Below are positions 12,701 through 26,225 of a stretch of 64,000 bases of DNA, piece by piece. Origin of the DNA: Podarcis erhardii. Its lineage: Eukaryota. The stretch lies in the NCBI GenBank assembly GCA_964252035.1, contig OZ176200.1; one strand, 5' to 3'. The position numbers were made by a program, and so were the translations under genes. Numbering within the stretch: position 1 is the stretch's first letter; each line of letters starts with the position of its first letter. Below the pieces are notes generated by a model. That model searched no databases, was not told the origin of the DNA, and saw only the letters and a list, made by a program, of their open reading frames with translations.

Positions 12701-14740
12701 GTTGTAGGGAAGTGTCCCATATCCAGCAAATGCCCAGATCATAAGATGCCATTCCCTGAACTGCCAGTTCATTTCAGGATAAGAATCCTTTTAATGGGTT
12801 CCTAAAGCTCCGGTGGTCGTTTTTGTTCCACAACAAATAATGATTCAACAAGGAGGCAAACAACCAATTACAATGGAGCCAGTGTTGATATCAGGAAAAT
12901 TGGCGCAAATTAATTAATTAGTGAATAGATGACTTCACGATCCACTTGTAGTCCCACTTTGTTCTGCCACTTGTGTTATGATATCATCTCAAGGCTCAGC
13001 AACTCCAGCTGATGCCAACACAGCTTTTATTGTGTGTTGCAGCGAGAAGAAATGGAGATCGTGAGCCAACAAGCAGGGGATTTTTCCTGTGTTTTGGGGA
13101 AAATTGATGTCTCCCACACTTCTCATCTTCCTCCAGCACCCTATTATTTACAAAGAAACACCAAACTGTAGAAGGGGGAGAGGGGAGAGCAACACAGAAT
13201 CTTGTGGCTGCTTTGGCAAAGGCTTTCATGGAGCAGAGCAGACAGCAGCAATGGACTTCAGGCAGAACAAGGGCTTCTCCTATTCAACACCTTCCATGGC
13301 TGATGAATCCCCATTTATTTAGTTAAAGCAACTTCATGCCAACCGTATACAAAACCACATACCCAAGGGTATCCAGGTAGTGTGCAGAAGGTCTTTTTGT
13401 TTTTTAAAAAAGCCCAACAACAAGACAGGCATACAGGTCAGCAAATCAAAGGCTTAGTTAAAAGAAAAATAAAATAAAATTATCAAGAAATTTAAATTAC
13501 CTGGTTGAATTTTTTTAAAAAATGTTTACCTTGTCCCTAAAAGTCAATAGAATATGATCTAAAATATATTCCCTAAGTAATATAAATAAAAAGAACCCTC
13601 CCAACCCCCCCCAAAAAAAACCCCACACACAATACCCAAGAGTTTGTTCAGCAGCCTCAGCTTTTGTGGCTGGAGTCAGTCAGGGCCCCACCCTACCAGG
13701 CCAGGTGGAAAAGGCCTGCAAGGCAGGGAGTAGATCTTCCAAGACTCACAAGGCAAGATGTCCTGTATCATGTCAAGATAATATTATGCTATTATTGCTG
13801 ATATATCTGGTGTCAAAGGGTGCATCCATATGGGATTTTCTTCGGTGACCTGATGTGATTGTCTGCACAAGTTCTCTTTCATGAACACTCAGTCCAGTTC
13901 ATAAGCCCGTAGGTGACGTGTTTGTGTGGGTGGTTTGTTCCCATGTGCCTCACCAACCACGTTTTGCACTTACTTGCACATGGGTCACACAAGCCAGGTG
14001 TGCAGTTGTACTGAATCCACATTGATCTCAATGGGATTTAAATTAATTGCATTGTGGCTGTATTTGCTGTTCTGCTGCTCCATCTCCCAGTTTTGGAATG
14101 CTTGAGATTTCATCACCTTGCATAGCTCACTTTGGCTTTCCTCCCCCCCCCCCTTTCAAATTAGCTCACAGCATTCAGCCTGATCATACAGGGCCCTAAC
14201 AAATGACTCAACCATTTCTTCTGAGCTCTTTGAAGAAAGCAGACCACCCCATTAACCACATTCCTCTAGGGATTGAAACGGGCATTGAACTTGGCCAGAG
14301 CAGTTGTGCTTATAGGCCTCTTCAGCAAAGCTGATTTGTAGACATTGCTGCCTTCTTTCCCCACAGCATAAATAAATGGGCTTACTTGTCCCCTTCCTCC
14401 CTCCTTGTGTAGCTCATGACCTGGTGAAAACATGCCAGTTTTACTGACAGTCAGGCCATGGGGAATTACGAAAGCTTGAGGCTTCTGGTATGGAAGGAAC
14501 TGTGCCATCTTCTTTGTCTTATTTGACTCGGCTTCTTTTTTTTTTATAAATAATTTTTATTGAGATTTAAGATCACCCACGAACACCCACCAACACCAGT
14601 AAAACATCAAATCTTATTACATATATCCTACTTTATGCTCCGTAGAGCTGTTGACTTCCGTCCTTCCCTTCCATCAGTTTTCCTATTCTATTCTATAGTT
14701 CACAGTTTCTTTGATTAGATATTACAACATGACATAAGAT

Positions 14741-17700
14741 TTACTTCAATCCTGCCAAAGTTTTCAAATTTGTACAGTTCTCACTTATATAGATCAAAAA
14801 ATTACACCATTCTTTTTGGTACTTTGTCTCCTCCTGATTGTGAATTCTGTGTGTCAATTTAGCCATCTCAGCGTATTCAACCAGCTTTACCTGCCATTCT
14901 CCTATTGTCGGCATCTCCTGTTGCTTCCACTTTTGAGCTATCAGAATTCTAGCTGCTGTTGTTGCGTACAGATATAATCTTTGATCAGTCTTCTTAATAT
15001 CTTCTCCCACCAAACCTAGCAAGAATTCTTCCAGCTTTTTGGGAAAGCTATACTTAAACACCTTTTTAACTCGTTATAAATCGTTTCCCAGAACTCTTTT
15101 AATTTATTACATGACCACCACATATGATAGAAGTCACCATCCTTTTCCTTGCATTTCCAGCAAGTTTTACTACTAGTTCTGTACATTTTTGCCAATTTGG
15201 TGGGAGTAAGATACCAACGATAGACCATCTTCATAACATTCTCTTTTAAGGCAGAACAAGCGGTGAATTTTATACTCTCATTCCAGAGTCTGGCCCATAC
15301 ATCATAGTCTATGTTGTGTCCTAGATCAGTAGCCCATTTTATCATAGCCTCTTTTATAAGTTCATCTTTTGTATTCCATTCTAATAGGAGATTATACATT
15401 TTTGAAAGTAGTTTAGACTTACTTTCTATAATGTCTATTTGAAATTTCGATTTTTTTGTCTTCAAATCCTAATTTTTTGTCCTCTTTAAAAACATCATTG
15501 ACTTGATGGTATTGCAACCATCCTGTCAATTTTCCAGCAATACAATCATAAGGCTTCAATTTCCAACCTTTTTCGGCCTTCATCAGAATCTCCTCATAGG
15601 TGGCCCCTCTCCCTTCTATGTTCAATTTTTTAACTGTTAACATATCAATTGGTGACACCCACGGTGTTTTCCTTTCCAACAAATTCTTGTTTCTGTCCCA
15701 GACTTCAAATAGAGCACCCCTTATCACATGATTTGTAAAATCTTTATGCACTTTTGCCTTACCATACCAAAGATAGGAGTGCCATCCAAATCTATTGTTG
15801 TACCCCTCCAAGTCTAACAAATCTGGGTTCTCCTGGGTTATCCACTCCTTTATCCAACATAAACACGCTGCTTCATAATAGAGTTTCAGATCAGGTACAG
15901 CGAACCCCCCTCTTTCTTTCTTATCTGTCAGTATTTTAAATTTGATCCTTGGTCTTCTCCCTTGCCATATAAAATGCGAGAGAGTCTTTTGCCACTCTTT
16001 AAATTGTCTTAAACCTCTTATTATTGGGATTGTCTGGAACAAAAATACCATTTTCGGTAATAAGTTCATTTTGATCACTGACATTCTTCCAGTCATTGAC
16101 AGCTTTAGTCTGTCCCATATTTCTAAATCTCTTTTAATCTCCTTCCAGACTGGTTGGTAATTGTCACTGAATAAGTTTATGTTCTTTGCCGACATCCAAA
16201 TTCCCAAATATTTAACTTTTTTGACCACCTTGATTTCAGTTTCTTGTTCTAACCTTTCTACTTCACTTTTTTCTAAATTTTTGCCTAACATTTTCATCTT
16301 TGTCTTATTCAATTTAAATCCTGCCAGTTGCCCAAATTTTCCCATTTATTCCCATGCTATTTTTACACTTTCTTGAGGTTCTTCTAAGGTTAATGCCAAG
16401 TCATCCGCGTAGGCCTTAAGTTTGAATTCTTTGGCGCCTATTTTGACCCCTTTTATCTCTGTTCTTCCTCTCAGGCAATTTATTAGTACTTCTAATACAC
16501 TGATAAAAAGCAGCGGAGATAGTGGGCAGCCTTGTCTGGTGCCCTTTGTAATGTCAAGTGAGTCTGTTAAGGTGTTGTTCACAATTAATTTTGCTTTCTG
16601 CTCTGAGTAAATTTCCTCGATTCCTCTTAAAAAGGTGCCACAGATCCTCATCTTTTCTATACTCTTGGATGATGGACTCAAGGGCATCCTGATCAAATTT
16701 GCAGATGACACCAAACTGGGAGGGGTGGCTAACACCCCAGAGGACAGGATCACACTTCAAAACGACCTTGACAGATTAGAGAACTGGGCCAAAACAAACA
16801 AGATGAATTTTAACAGGGAGAAATGTAAAGTACTGCACTTGGGCAAAAAAAATGAGAGGCACAAATACAAGATGGGCGACACCTGGCTTGAGAGCAGTAC
16901 ATGTGAAAAGGATCTAGGAGTCTTGGTTGACCACAAACTTGACATGAGCCAACAGTGTGACGCGGCAGCTAAAAAAGCCAATGCAATTCTGGGCTGCATC
17001 AATAGGAGTATAGCATCTAGATCAAGGGAAGTAATAGTGCCACTGTATTCTGCTCTGGTCAGACCTCACCTGGAGTACTGTGTCCAGTTCTGGGCACCAC
17101 AGTTCAAGAAGGACACTGACAAACTGGAACGTGTCCAGAGGAGGGCAACCAAAATGGTCAAAGGCCTGGAAACGATGCCTTATGAGGAACGGCTAAGGGA
17201 GCTGGGCATGTTTAGCCTGGAGAAGAGGAGGTTAAGGGGTGATATGATAGCCATGTTCAAATATATAAAAGGATGTCACATAGAGGAGGGAGAAAGGTTG
17301 TTTTCTGCTGCTCCAGAGAAGCGGACACGGAGCAATGGCTCCAAACTACAAGAAAGAAGATTCCAGCTAAACATTAGGAAGAACTTCCTGACAGTAAGAG
17401 CTGTTCGACAGTGGAATTTGCTGCCAAGGAGTGTGGTGGAGTCTCCTTCTTTGGAGGTCTTTAAGCAGAGGCTTGACAACCATATGTCAGGAGTGCTCTG
17501 ATGGTGTTTCCTGCTTGGCAGGGGGTTGGACTCGATGGCCCTTGTGGTCTCTTCCAACTCTATGATTCTATGATTCTATTCTATGATTCTTCTTCATAAA
17601 TGACCAGGATACATTATCAAATGCTTTTTCAGCATCGATGAACATCAGTATGGCTGGCTTATCATTTCTTACTTCCAGGTATTCCAATTTATTAATAATA

Positions 17701-18264
17701 TGTCTCACATTATCCTTCAATTGCCTACCTGGCAAGAAACCTCCCTGGTCTTTATGAATTAAATCATTTAATATTGTCTTCAATCTGTTGGCCAAGATAT
17801 CCGCAAAAAGTTTATAGTCATTGTTTAACAATGATATCGGTCTGAAATTTTTAACACTCTGATGGTCCATATCTTGTTTGGGGATCAACGTTATGTAAGC
17901 CTCCTTCCAGGAGTTTGGTATTTTGCCTTTTCCTTGTAAAATAGCATTCATTACTTCCCCTAGAACCGGTACTAGCTGCTCACCAAGTGATTTATAATAC
18001 TTAGAGGTTAACCCAACCGATCCTGGGGCTTTACCTTGTTTCATCTTCTTTATTGACTTTTGGATTTCTTGATTGGTTATTGGGGCGTTTAATTGTTCTC
18101 TTTCCTCCCATGATATCTGTTTTCCTTTGTAAATTTCCAAATATCTTTCTATCTTTTTTATATCTTCTTTTTCTTTCCTGTAAAGTTCCTTATAGAATCC
18201 TTGAAAGGCTCTTCTTATTTCTTTTGGATCTTCCGTCATCTGTTCCCCTATCCTTATTTTATTT
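14741..18264 (-). pseudogene. L1 ORF2 remnant (RT, thumb region and C-terminal Cys/His motif)
   Basis: Four track ORFs join into one ORF2. Lesions are the CR1 insertion, an in-frame TAA at 16346-16348, and two frameshifts near ~15450 and ~15040. Confidence 0.92.
16667..17587 (+). mobile_element. Young 5'-truncated CR1 LINE nested inside the L1
   Basis: Open C-terminal ORF2 frame to the stop at 17499-17501 (KFADDTKLGG, KCKVLHLG, RPHLEYCVQFW, LFSLEKRRLRGD-type motif). CR1 3' UTR and (ATTCTATG)n-type tail. TCTT is duplicated at 16663-16666 and 17588-17591. Confidence 0.97.
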
Positions 18265-18637
18265 TTATTTGACTCGGCTTCTGACACTGTGGCACAGAAG
18301 GCCAAGAGGACAGACCAGGCAGGATGCTACACAAAACTTCATTGTGGTTCTCCACCAAGAACAGAATAGCAATTGGAAAGTCCACTCAGATACAATTAAG
18401 TCCTGTGCCGACTAATGATTAAACTGTATAATGAGTATATAATTACACGTGATTGCTCTCTGTCCCTCTCACACATGTTCCATGTGTTACCCATTGTAAT
18501 ATCTTTTTCAAAAGTCTGCTTCTACCTTATCCCTTAGGCTTTGTCTAAGATGCAGGTTCATCACGTGATGGCTGCACAGTGAAGTGATAGCTTCTATGGT
18601 TCCATGTATAGTTTGTCATAGATCTAACACCACAAAT

Positions 18638-18806
18638 GTCTGTGTACACACCGTACATTAAAGCACATGGCTCCCCACCGATAGGATCGTGGGAACTGTA
18701 GTTTATCATAGCTGCTGGGAATTGTAGCTCTGTGAGGGGCAAACTACAATTCCCATGAGTCCCTGGAGAAATCCACATGCTTTAAACTTATGGTTGTGTA
18801 GGCAGT
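18638..18806. mobile_element. Palindromic MITE (second copy)
   Basis: Same core as 24559-24719. Confidence 0.65.
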
Positions 18807-20039
18807 TCACATGTTCAGCAACCCATCAGCAAAGTGATCAAGAGTTATCATAAATATGCATTTATGAACCAGCCCTTATGCTTGTGCTTTCAGCTTTTTC
18901 CTGTGGGAAACACTCTTTCTTATGACTAAGCACTGTTCTCTCCTGTGCATAACATGAATTTCTTGGGGTTGTTATCTGCCAAAGTCTTCAGTTTGTTGAG
19001 ATGAGCCCCAGCCTCTCTCCTATAGTGTCTGTAAATCCTGCCCACTTTTGTGTCCTCAATGAAACAGCTAGGCACGTTTTACATTCTTCCATTCAACTCA
19101 TTACTGAAGATGTTCAAAAGCTATGGATAAAAAGCACTCTTACATTGCCCACCCCCAGTCTGATAGTCAGCCCATTCATTTCTTTTGTGTATGGTGTTTG
19201 AGCCAAATGCGTTCCTAGTTTCTGAGATAGAGTTTTGCTCTCTAGAGCCCATTTCCAAACCTCCCAATAACAACTTTTTCTTTTCTTTTCAAGGCATTAT
19301 CAAGTCTAAACTCACACCTGATCATAAACTTGGCATAATTGATTATACAAGTGCTTAGCTGTGCTTGTACATTGTACTGAACTAGTACAATGCCTGAAAA
19401 ACATGAGAGTTATGGCTGTATCACAGGTTGGTGCGATTGGCTTAATACATATAGTGGCAACTGGCAGTGTTACAATAAATTAAGAACAACGGTGGTTGGT
19501 GCAAAGGATTAGGATCCAAGAGCCAAGCTTCATCCACACTTATAAAAGTATTATTACTTTCTTTAGAAATAATTAATGTTAAGAGTTTACTGTCCTTAAC
19601 AATCCTTGAAATGCAGTGTTTCAGAAAATCATGTTAAAATACGACTGTTTCATGAACAATTAGCTAAAGCTTCAATTGTGAAATAAGGAGGAACTCCACA
19701 TTAACTAGGAGACCCTGAATGATAAAGAATACATGAGAGCAGTGCTTCAAGCAAGGACAAGCATGCAATGCACCATCACCACTTCTCACTGTTAGACAAG
19801 AGTTTAATAAAGATGTGAGTTAACAATTTTGAAGCAAGTGTAAACATGGTGTTAATTAAATCTGAAGATGAAATGGGATTGAGAAGCTCTGAAAAAGCAC
19901 TGGAGGGTACAGAAAAATACAACAAAGGAGGTGGTGAAGTCTGGCATATGGGTTGAAGGCAAAATGCAGGTTCTAGATGAACAGAAATACACAATATTAT
20001 CTGAAATCTGGAGTTTTGAAGTTGGTTTCCAAGTTCTGC

Positions 20040-20660
20040 TGTGAACCTGCCTGCTCACTTGACATGCAGCAACACATGCCCTCTTCTCACTGAGCTTCTG
20101 GGTAAAGGGGAGACTTGCCAGCCGCACCAACATGGGCGGGGCTGTCCCAGAACATTCTGCTCCCCTGACTCTCACAAGGACCATGACTCCTCCGCTGCCC
20201 CCCCTCCACCATTGCCAACACCAAGGTGCAAAAGGGAGGGAAAATGAGGCTGGGGGAGAGGAGTTGGCGGCAGCAAAGGTGTGTAGGAAGAGGATGCGGG
20301 GGGCAGGTGACGGGCTCCTCATGGGCCTAGAACTGCCGCTTGTCCCAGTGGGCCTGAGCCTGCTGAGCTGAGGCAACTGCTTGACCTGGTCCTGAACATG
20401 GGCAGCGACCAAAGTAGTATCCAGGGCCAGTCCAAGGTCAAGGTCCAAAGAAGCAGAGGCCACGACAAAGGTTCAAGCGAGAGGCAGTCAGAGCAATCTA
20501 AGGTCAGGGCCAGGGCACATCTGACATAGGCAGGAGATCAGATAGCCAAGAGTCTAGTGCTGGAACATAGACACACACCTCTTCCAGCCCAGCACCTGAA
20601 GTGAAATGATTCAACAATGGGTCTGCTAGAGCCACACCTCAGCTGACTCCTATCAACTCC
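20040..20660. mobile_element. GC-rich, probably LTR-derived remnant
   Basis: Sharp compositional island with repeated (CC)AAGGTC(A) motifs. Termini not identifiable. Confidence 0.3.
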
Positions 20661-23398
20661 CTTCATCCAAAGGTATGCTTGAGAGGAGGCTCTTACTCCT
20701 TAGAACACATTTAGTCCTGAGGAGATCTGTAGTTGTGCACTTCTCTAGATGGGAACCAGTTATCCATATTATGTTTGAGGTGCCACCTCTCCCTTGGGCT
20801 TGGGACATCAGAGACCAAACTCATCCTGGGTGTGGATGGCCTGTCCCAAAACATGTTGGTGCCTGAGGCAAAAGACAAAATGCTGCCCCATCTGACCAGA
20901 ATTAGGCTGTGTTAAAGCATATTTGAAACACGTGGCTTTCCCCAAATAATCCCAGGAACAATAGTATGCCCTCACAGAGCTGCAGGTCCCAGCCCCCTTA
21001 GCAAACTACAGTTTTCTGGGGATGCTTTGGGGTGGCGTCTGAGTGACTGGTGTCCACCACATCTGAGGGCAGCAGGCTAGCTGAGGGGTTGGAGGGCAGG
21101 CAGCCATGTGGCACACCCAGGTCTGTCTTTCAACACCTCGCCATCTCCTAGCAGCTGCTGACTGCGGTGACTGCCTCTCTGCACCTCACATTAGGGCCAG
21201 CCCAAAGTGGTACAATCCAGAGGAAGCTTTGACCCTTTACTTAGCTGATTTTTTAAACAGGCTCTCAGAAGCAAAAGGGGAAGGTCGACATTTGTGTGGA
21301 CCATGACAGGAAGCAAACATAAAGGCTGAAGAAGGATATTGTTCTCTTGCTTATGCCTGGCTAATTTATGTAAAAGAAAATAGGAATCTTGTGCAGTCTA
21401 TTGCAAGAAAGAAGACCATTTCCAACACAATTAGCATTCCAGCTGATTCACTCTTTTATGAGGCTGAGGTTACCTTTTCGGCTCCTTCTTTGGTTCCATC
21501 CAGTGTCTTGAAAACTGTAAACAACAAGATAAAGACCTTGCATGACAAATTACTAAGAAAAAGGAGGTGGTGAACACACACACACAAAACGGGGGTCCAG
21601 GAAGCCTGCTTGTTTCTGTCTGAGAACACAAAGCTCCTGCTTTTGCGCTCCTCTCGGCTGGCATAATTACCTCTTTGCCACCACTGATCTATGTCGAACT
21701 GTCATAGGGCAACAAAATGCAGTGTGCTAAGTGCAGTAAAATCTCACCCTTTACAACGACTTTCCTGCAAAGTCTGGTTAATTCTTTACAGCTCAAACTT
21801 TTGAGCTTCTGAGAGGAATAAACAAAATAAAAGAACAGTGATCCTGCTTGAAATATAGCCTTGACTTTGGGATTTAAAACACCCAGCCAGCCTCACATTT
21901 AATTGGAAAAGGAGCAATAAAAATAGAGGGAAACGGGAGGCATCTGGCTGTGGGAAGAAAGTGACTTGAGGTGCTCATCGTGGGTCCCTGCTTGAAGCTT
22001 TGTCTCGTGAGGTGCCACTTTGCAGGTAATGGTGTCGTGAACATTTTAAGAGGACGAAAGTGAGGCTACAATCCCACCCACCATTGCACTTATATTGGGA
22101 TGATATTTGGAGGTGGAAAGAGAGTGTTTAGCAGCCTTGGAAGGGAGAGTGCCCCCTTGGGCGAGTGTTTAGAGGTGCCAGGAGCATCAATATGCAATTT
22201 TGGCTTCACGTGCTATCCTGAGATGTATCCCCCACGTAAAGTGAGAGTCTACTGTATTAACTTAAAAATACCCTTTGTTTAAACTGTACTTCCTTGTGAT
22301 CCTGGGAAATGTCTACATATACAGGGTACCGTAATTACTGGAATGGAGCTAGACCTTGACAAAAAATAAGCCATGGGGAATAGTTTTTGCCATCATGGCA
22401 TCTATGGCTGCAGCTCAGCTGACTCCATTCTGGGTCAGTTAGGATACATTTCCTCGCAAACAGTGAATGTACTGTAACAGGTCCTTGCTCTGGCTCTTGT
22501 TTTTTCTTTCTCTGACCTGGCAGACCTCCAGTTATCAACACCATTCCTCATGCAAGCAGGCACTGCTTGTAGCGTTAATTAGTTTGCAATGAGTCTGATT
22601 TCAGGGAAGCCTCAAAGCTGCCCGCTCATATTCACATTCTGTGTCAGGTAACTTTCAATAGCCACACAAACAATTGCAGACAAAAAAAATTGCTCTAGGA
22701 GAAATGTAGAGAATCCAGGCAGATTTTAATCAGAACTCAAAACAATGTACTGCATTGTGGAATCATTTGCTGTGACAGATTTATTTCTGATCTTCAAGTT
22801 ATGTTGCCGGCCACATTTAAAAGGCACCAGTCAAGGCATAGTTTTCCACATGACCTTGTGACATTCCAAGTATAGAATACGTTAATAAAATGCATGATTC
22901 ACACAATGAATTGAAATCTTGAAAGGCAGAAAATCACCGAGAAGGAAGGATTGTGTCTCGGTTGCTAATTTCTTTAAATTCTACACAAAATATTTCTTCT
23001 CCTTCCTTTTCATTCTTCCTTACATACCCCTTCTCTACATGGCTCTCTGTCCTTCTTTCACAATGATTTCCAACCCTGCTGTCACAGCCTCCTACCATTA
23101 ATCCCTTTAACATGCCCATACATTTCTATTGTGGCCACACAATTTCTTCTCAGTAAACTCCATTTTTTTGCAGCAGAGTCAGGATAAAGCATGGAAATTG
23201 AATAGGTTGATGAAAAACAAAACCAATATGCCTAAGCTTGTGTTGATTGGTAGAATTCACCTTCATATTGGCTTTAGGCGGATATTTATCCCAAGGGTTC
23301 TCTGGAAGCTCACACACAGAGAGAGACTCCTTGCGCATGGGTGTGGCGCCATTTATTCTCAGGGAGGGAGAACCAAAAGTGTGTTTGACTCATTAGAG

Positions 23399-24202
23399 CA
23401 GAGGGTTTCAACCTTTTTGAGTCCATGGCTCCCTTGACCAACTACATTCTTTCTGCTGCACCCCTGTGGGGCTCAAGAGCCCAGTTATGTCACCTCTTGC
23501 CTGCAGAGCTGGCAGCTTCTCACCCTTTTTCAAATGCTCTCCCTTGTGGAGTGTTCCCTCAGCCTCCTCTCCTCTCCCCTCTCCTTGGGAGTCCTCCAGG
23601 CAACTGCTGCTGCCCCTGGTCTCTGAGCTCCCCCCCCCCCGCCGCCCCAAAGAGAGGTGCTTCCTCACACTGTCCCACAGGGGCCTGGGATGCCCCTAGC
23701 CTTAGTGGCCCAATGGTGACTGGCCAACTGTGAAGCCAGCACCTCACCTTGGGTGCTGCTGGGCCTGCATGGCGGAAAGACTCCCCTTCAGCACCAAGCA
23801 CTCAGCTCCCAGGAAGGCCTTGCACACAGCAAGCACAAGAAAGGCCAGCGTGATGCCTGCCTGCCTGCCTGCCTGCCTGTCCAGCCTCCCACTTGTCTGT
23901 CCATTCCCAAGAGCAAGGCCTGGCTGGGAGCTGAGTGCCCTCACCCACTTCCTTGCTTACTCTGAGGCCACCTTTGCTCCTGGCAACCAGCACCCCCTAA
24001 CCAGCCCCAGAGGCACCATTTACCTGTGCAGCTTGTAGCCAGGGTTGCTGCAATGAACAACCACATAAGCCTTTGGGAGGCAGAGACATGAGAGGGCATC
24101 AGAGGGAAGGAAAGAGGGACAGAGGCCAGTCTTGCCCGCAGTACCCATGACCATCATTCAAGGCACTCCAGGGTGCTACAGCACACTGGTTGAAAACCAC
24201 TG
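23399..24202. mobile_element. Non-autonomous hAT (Charlie-like) element
   Basis: CAGAGGGTTTCAACC...GGTTGAAAACCACTG termini. TSD CATTAGAG / TATTAGAG (7/8). Confidence 0.82.
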
Positions 24203-24558
24203 TATTAGAGGAAGGAAGCCACTGGACTTGAGAGAACTCTATGCATGCCTCAGAGCTCCTAACCTTGGAACACTGTGATATGAACATGTATTCATGATCT
24301 TGATAATCATGATCATTTCCCAAGAGTGAAATTTCTGGTCTCTTTTTATGGCAATGCATGGGCCAATTTATGTCGATTACAAACCTTCCACTATATCAGT
24401 TCCTCCTATATCCACTATATCCCCCTCATAACAACCCTGCAAAGTATAATAGAGGTAATGATTTATTATTTATTAAATTTCTATACTGCCCTTCATTTGA
24501 AGATCACTGTGATGAGGTAGTAACTAGCTTGATAAGATCACCTAACAAGAATCAGTCA

Positions 24559-24719
24559 GGCTGCATACATAACATGCATTTAAAGCGCATGACTTCCCCC
24601 AAGGAATCATGTGAAATGATAAGGGTGCTGGGAATTGTAGCTCTGTGAGAGGTAAACTACAGTTCCCGGGATTCTCTGGGGAAACTGATGTGCTTTGAAT
24701 GCATGGTGTGTACACAGCC
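24559..24719. mobile_element. Palindromic MITE (GGCTG...CAGCC)
   Basis: Inverted termini and the shared core GCTGGGAATTGTAGCTCTGTGAG.GG.AAACTACA. Second copy at 18638-18806. Confidence 0.7.
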
Positions 24720-25239
24720 TAGGTTTCAATGCAGTCCTTCTTAATTCAAGTCTGGCAATCTGTCCCCACAATTGCTATTAACATATTAGGAAATCTGAGA
24801 CCTTAAAGGCCAGGGGTGTGGGGTGAGCAGAGTTATGGGCCTCCTGTTATGGTGGACTATTATCCATCTCCAGTATCCATTCTGGATCAGGCTGGCAGGG
24901 AGTTGGAGTCCAAAACCAGGAGAGCCACTCTTTCCCATCCATTATAAGCCATCTCCCTAGCTGATGGAAACACTGTGCTGAATATGTCCTCTGGTGTCCA
25001 CTTTCTGGTCAGAAATTATTGTTGGCAATAACTGTGTTTTAGAAAATTTATTCATATTTGTGAATGCTCACATATTCTTAAATTATATACCTGTGGTGTG
25101 GAGACTAATGGGTGGACAACAAAAGTGGACTTTATGAGCCCTTGTGGTGGCTAAGAAGGTGGCTTTACACTGCCAGGCTGGAAGGACATCAGCAGATCTC
25201 ACTGTCCTTTCCACATTTGAAGGCATGGCTCATTTTTGT

Positions 25240-25790
25240 TTAATTTTTTAAACTGAAACAAATCAAATAAAATCAATACAATAAAAATAATAGAAGTACA
25301 AAAAAAAAAAAGTGCTGTATATCCAGAAGAGACTTAAATCAGGTAAGTAGAGTACTTAAGACCACCAGGAAAACCCAATTTCACATTGTACAATGTGTCT
25401 TTGTATTTGTTGCCCAGTATTTAAGACAAAACCCCACCAAACAGCATAGAATTTTTCAGGATCCTCTGAGCCTTTGGCAAAATGTAATTTATGAGTTGCT
25501 GTTTTTCAGCTGCTGCTAAACTCCACATATCTGTATACCAAAGTGAAAGTTGCAAGTCCTGTGAGCTTTTCCATTTCTGGGCAATTGAAGTTCTGGCAGG
25601 CATCAACATCAAGAATTCCTGAGAGCTGAAGCCTTTCAGTTGATCATCCCATAGATTTAGTAAACAAAGCTGTGGTGAAATTGGACTGCGATATTTGAGT
25701 ATTTTGCTCATCTCCTGACAAACCATTGTACAGAATTTGAATACTAGTGCTCACCAATATTTTCCTTCACCTAAACCTGCACTGTATCTG
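25240..25790 (-). mobile_element. Older L1-clade 3' fragment
   Basis: Minus ORF 25421-25726 carries ARTSIAQKWK, which resembles ARILIAQKWK in the L1 at 14741-15061. A-rich 3' UTR. Ends approximate. Confidence 0.65.
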
Positions 25791-25883
25791 CCAAATGTGG
25801 AAGGAGAATGGAAAACAAGAGCCACAGACAGCCATGAGCAAACCTTAGACCAGTGTGACATGGACCAAAGAAACACAAAACCT

Positions 25884-26225
25884 TGCAGGCTCCAGAGTAA
25901 ATAAAAGAAGTTTACTTACATCAGTTCACAGTTGGATTCCTGAAGGCAGACTTAGTTACAAATATGTACATGTGGATCTACCCCATATGGAGGAATAACC
26001 CCAGTGCTTCTGCTAGCTAGCAGAGCAGTCCTAGCTAAAAGCTGGTCAAACGAAGAAGGAAGTCAAAAAAGAGAGAGGTTGCTGCATGACTCATCCTTTT
26101 GTTACCTGGACAGGTTAGGTCACGCCCACCTTCTATCACATGCAAAAGGAAGGATGCTCCAGCCAGGAGGAACAGGAAATTTTAACTGGCTGGACCAAGC
26201 ATTCCCTCGCATGTCTTCTCTAGCA
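25884..26225 (-). mobile_element. Probable degenerate solo LTR
   Basis: TG...CA-bounded segment resembling lizard LTRs by recall. No TSD found. Confidence 0.4.

Larger units (their letters stand above)
14537..18264 (-). mobile_element. 5'-truncated L1-clade LINE interrupted by a CR1
   Basis: ORF2 RT motifs KAPG, FRPISLLN, DAEKAFD, GTRQGCPLSPLLF and YADD, plus C-terminal CWKC...HMWWSC. Poly(A) appears as a T-run from 14537. Perfect 18-bp TSD TTATTTGACTCGGCTTCT at 14519-14536 and 18265-18282. Confidence 0.96.

Noticed and set aside
15571-15586. CTGATGA-AGGCC-GAAA hammerhead-like core on the minus strand
   Set aside because: It lies in L1 coding sequence (LMKAEK) with no supportable stems I, II or III, so it is coincidental.
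16635-16666. N-terminus of the 288-aa plus-strand ORF
   Set aside because: It is antisense L1 sequence fortuitously in frame with the CR1, and the start is GTG, not a real initiation site.
19852-20463. 203-aa minus-strand ORF
   Set aside because: No domain similarity; it spans a GC-rich repeat-like island and AT-rich flank with no codon or splice support.
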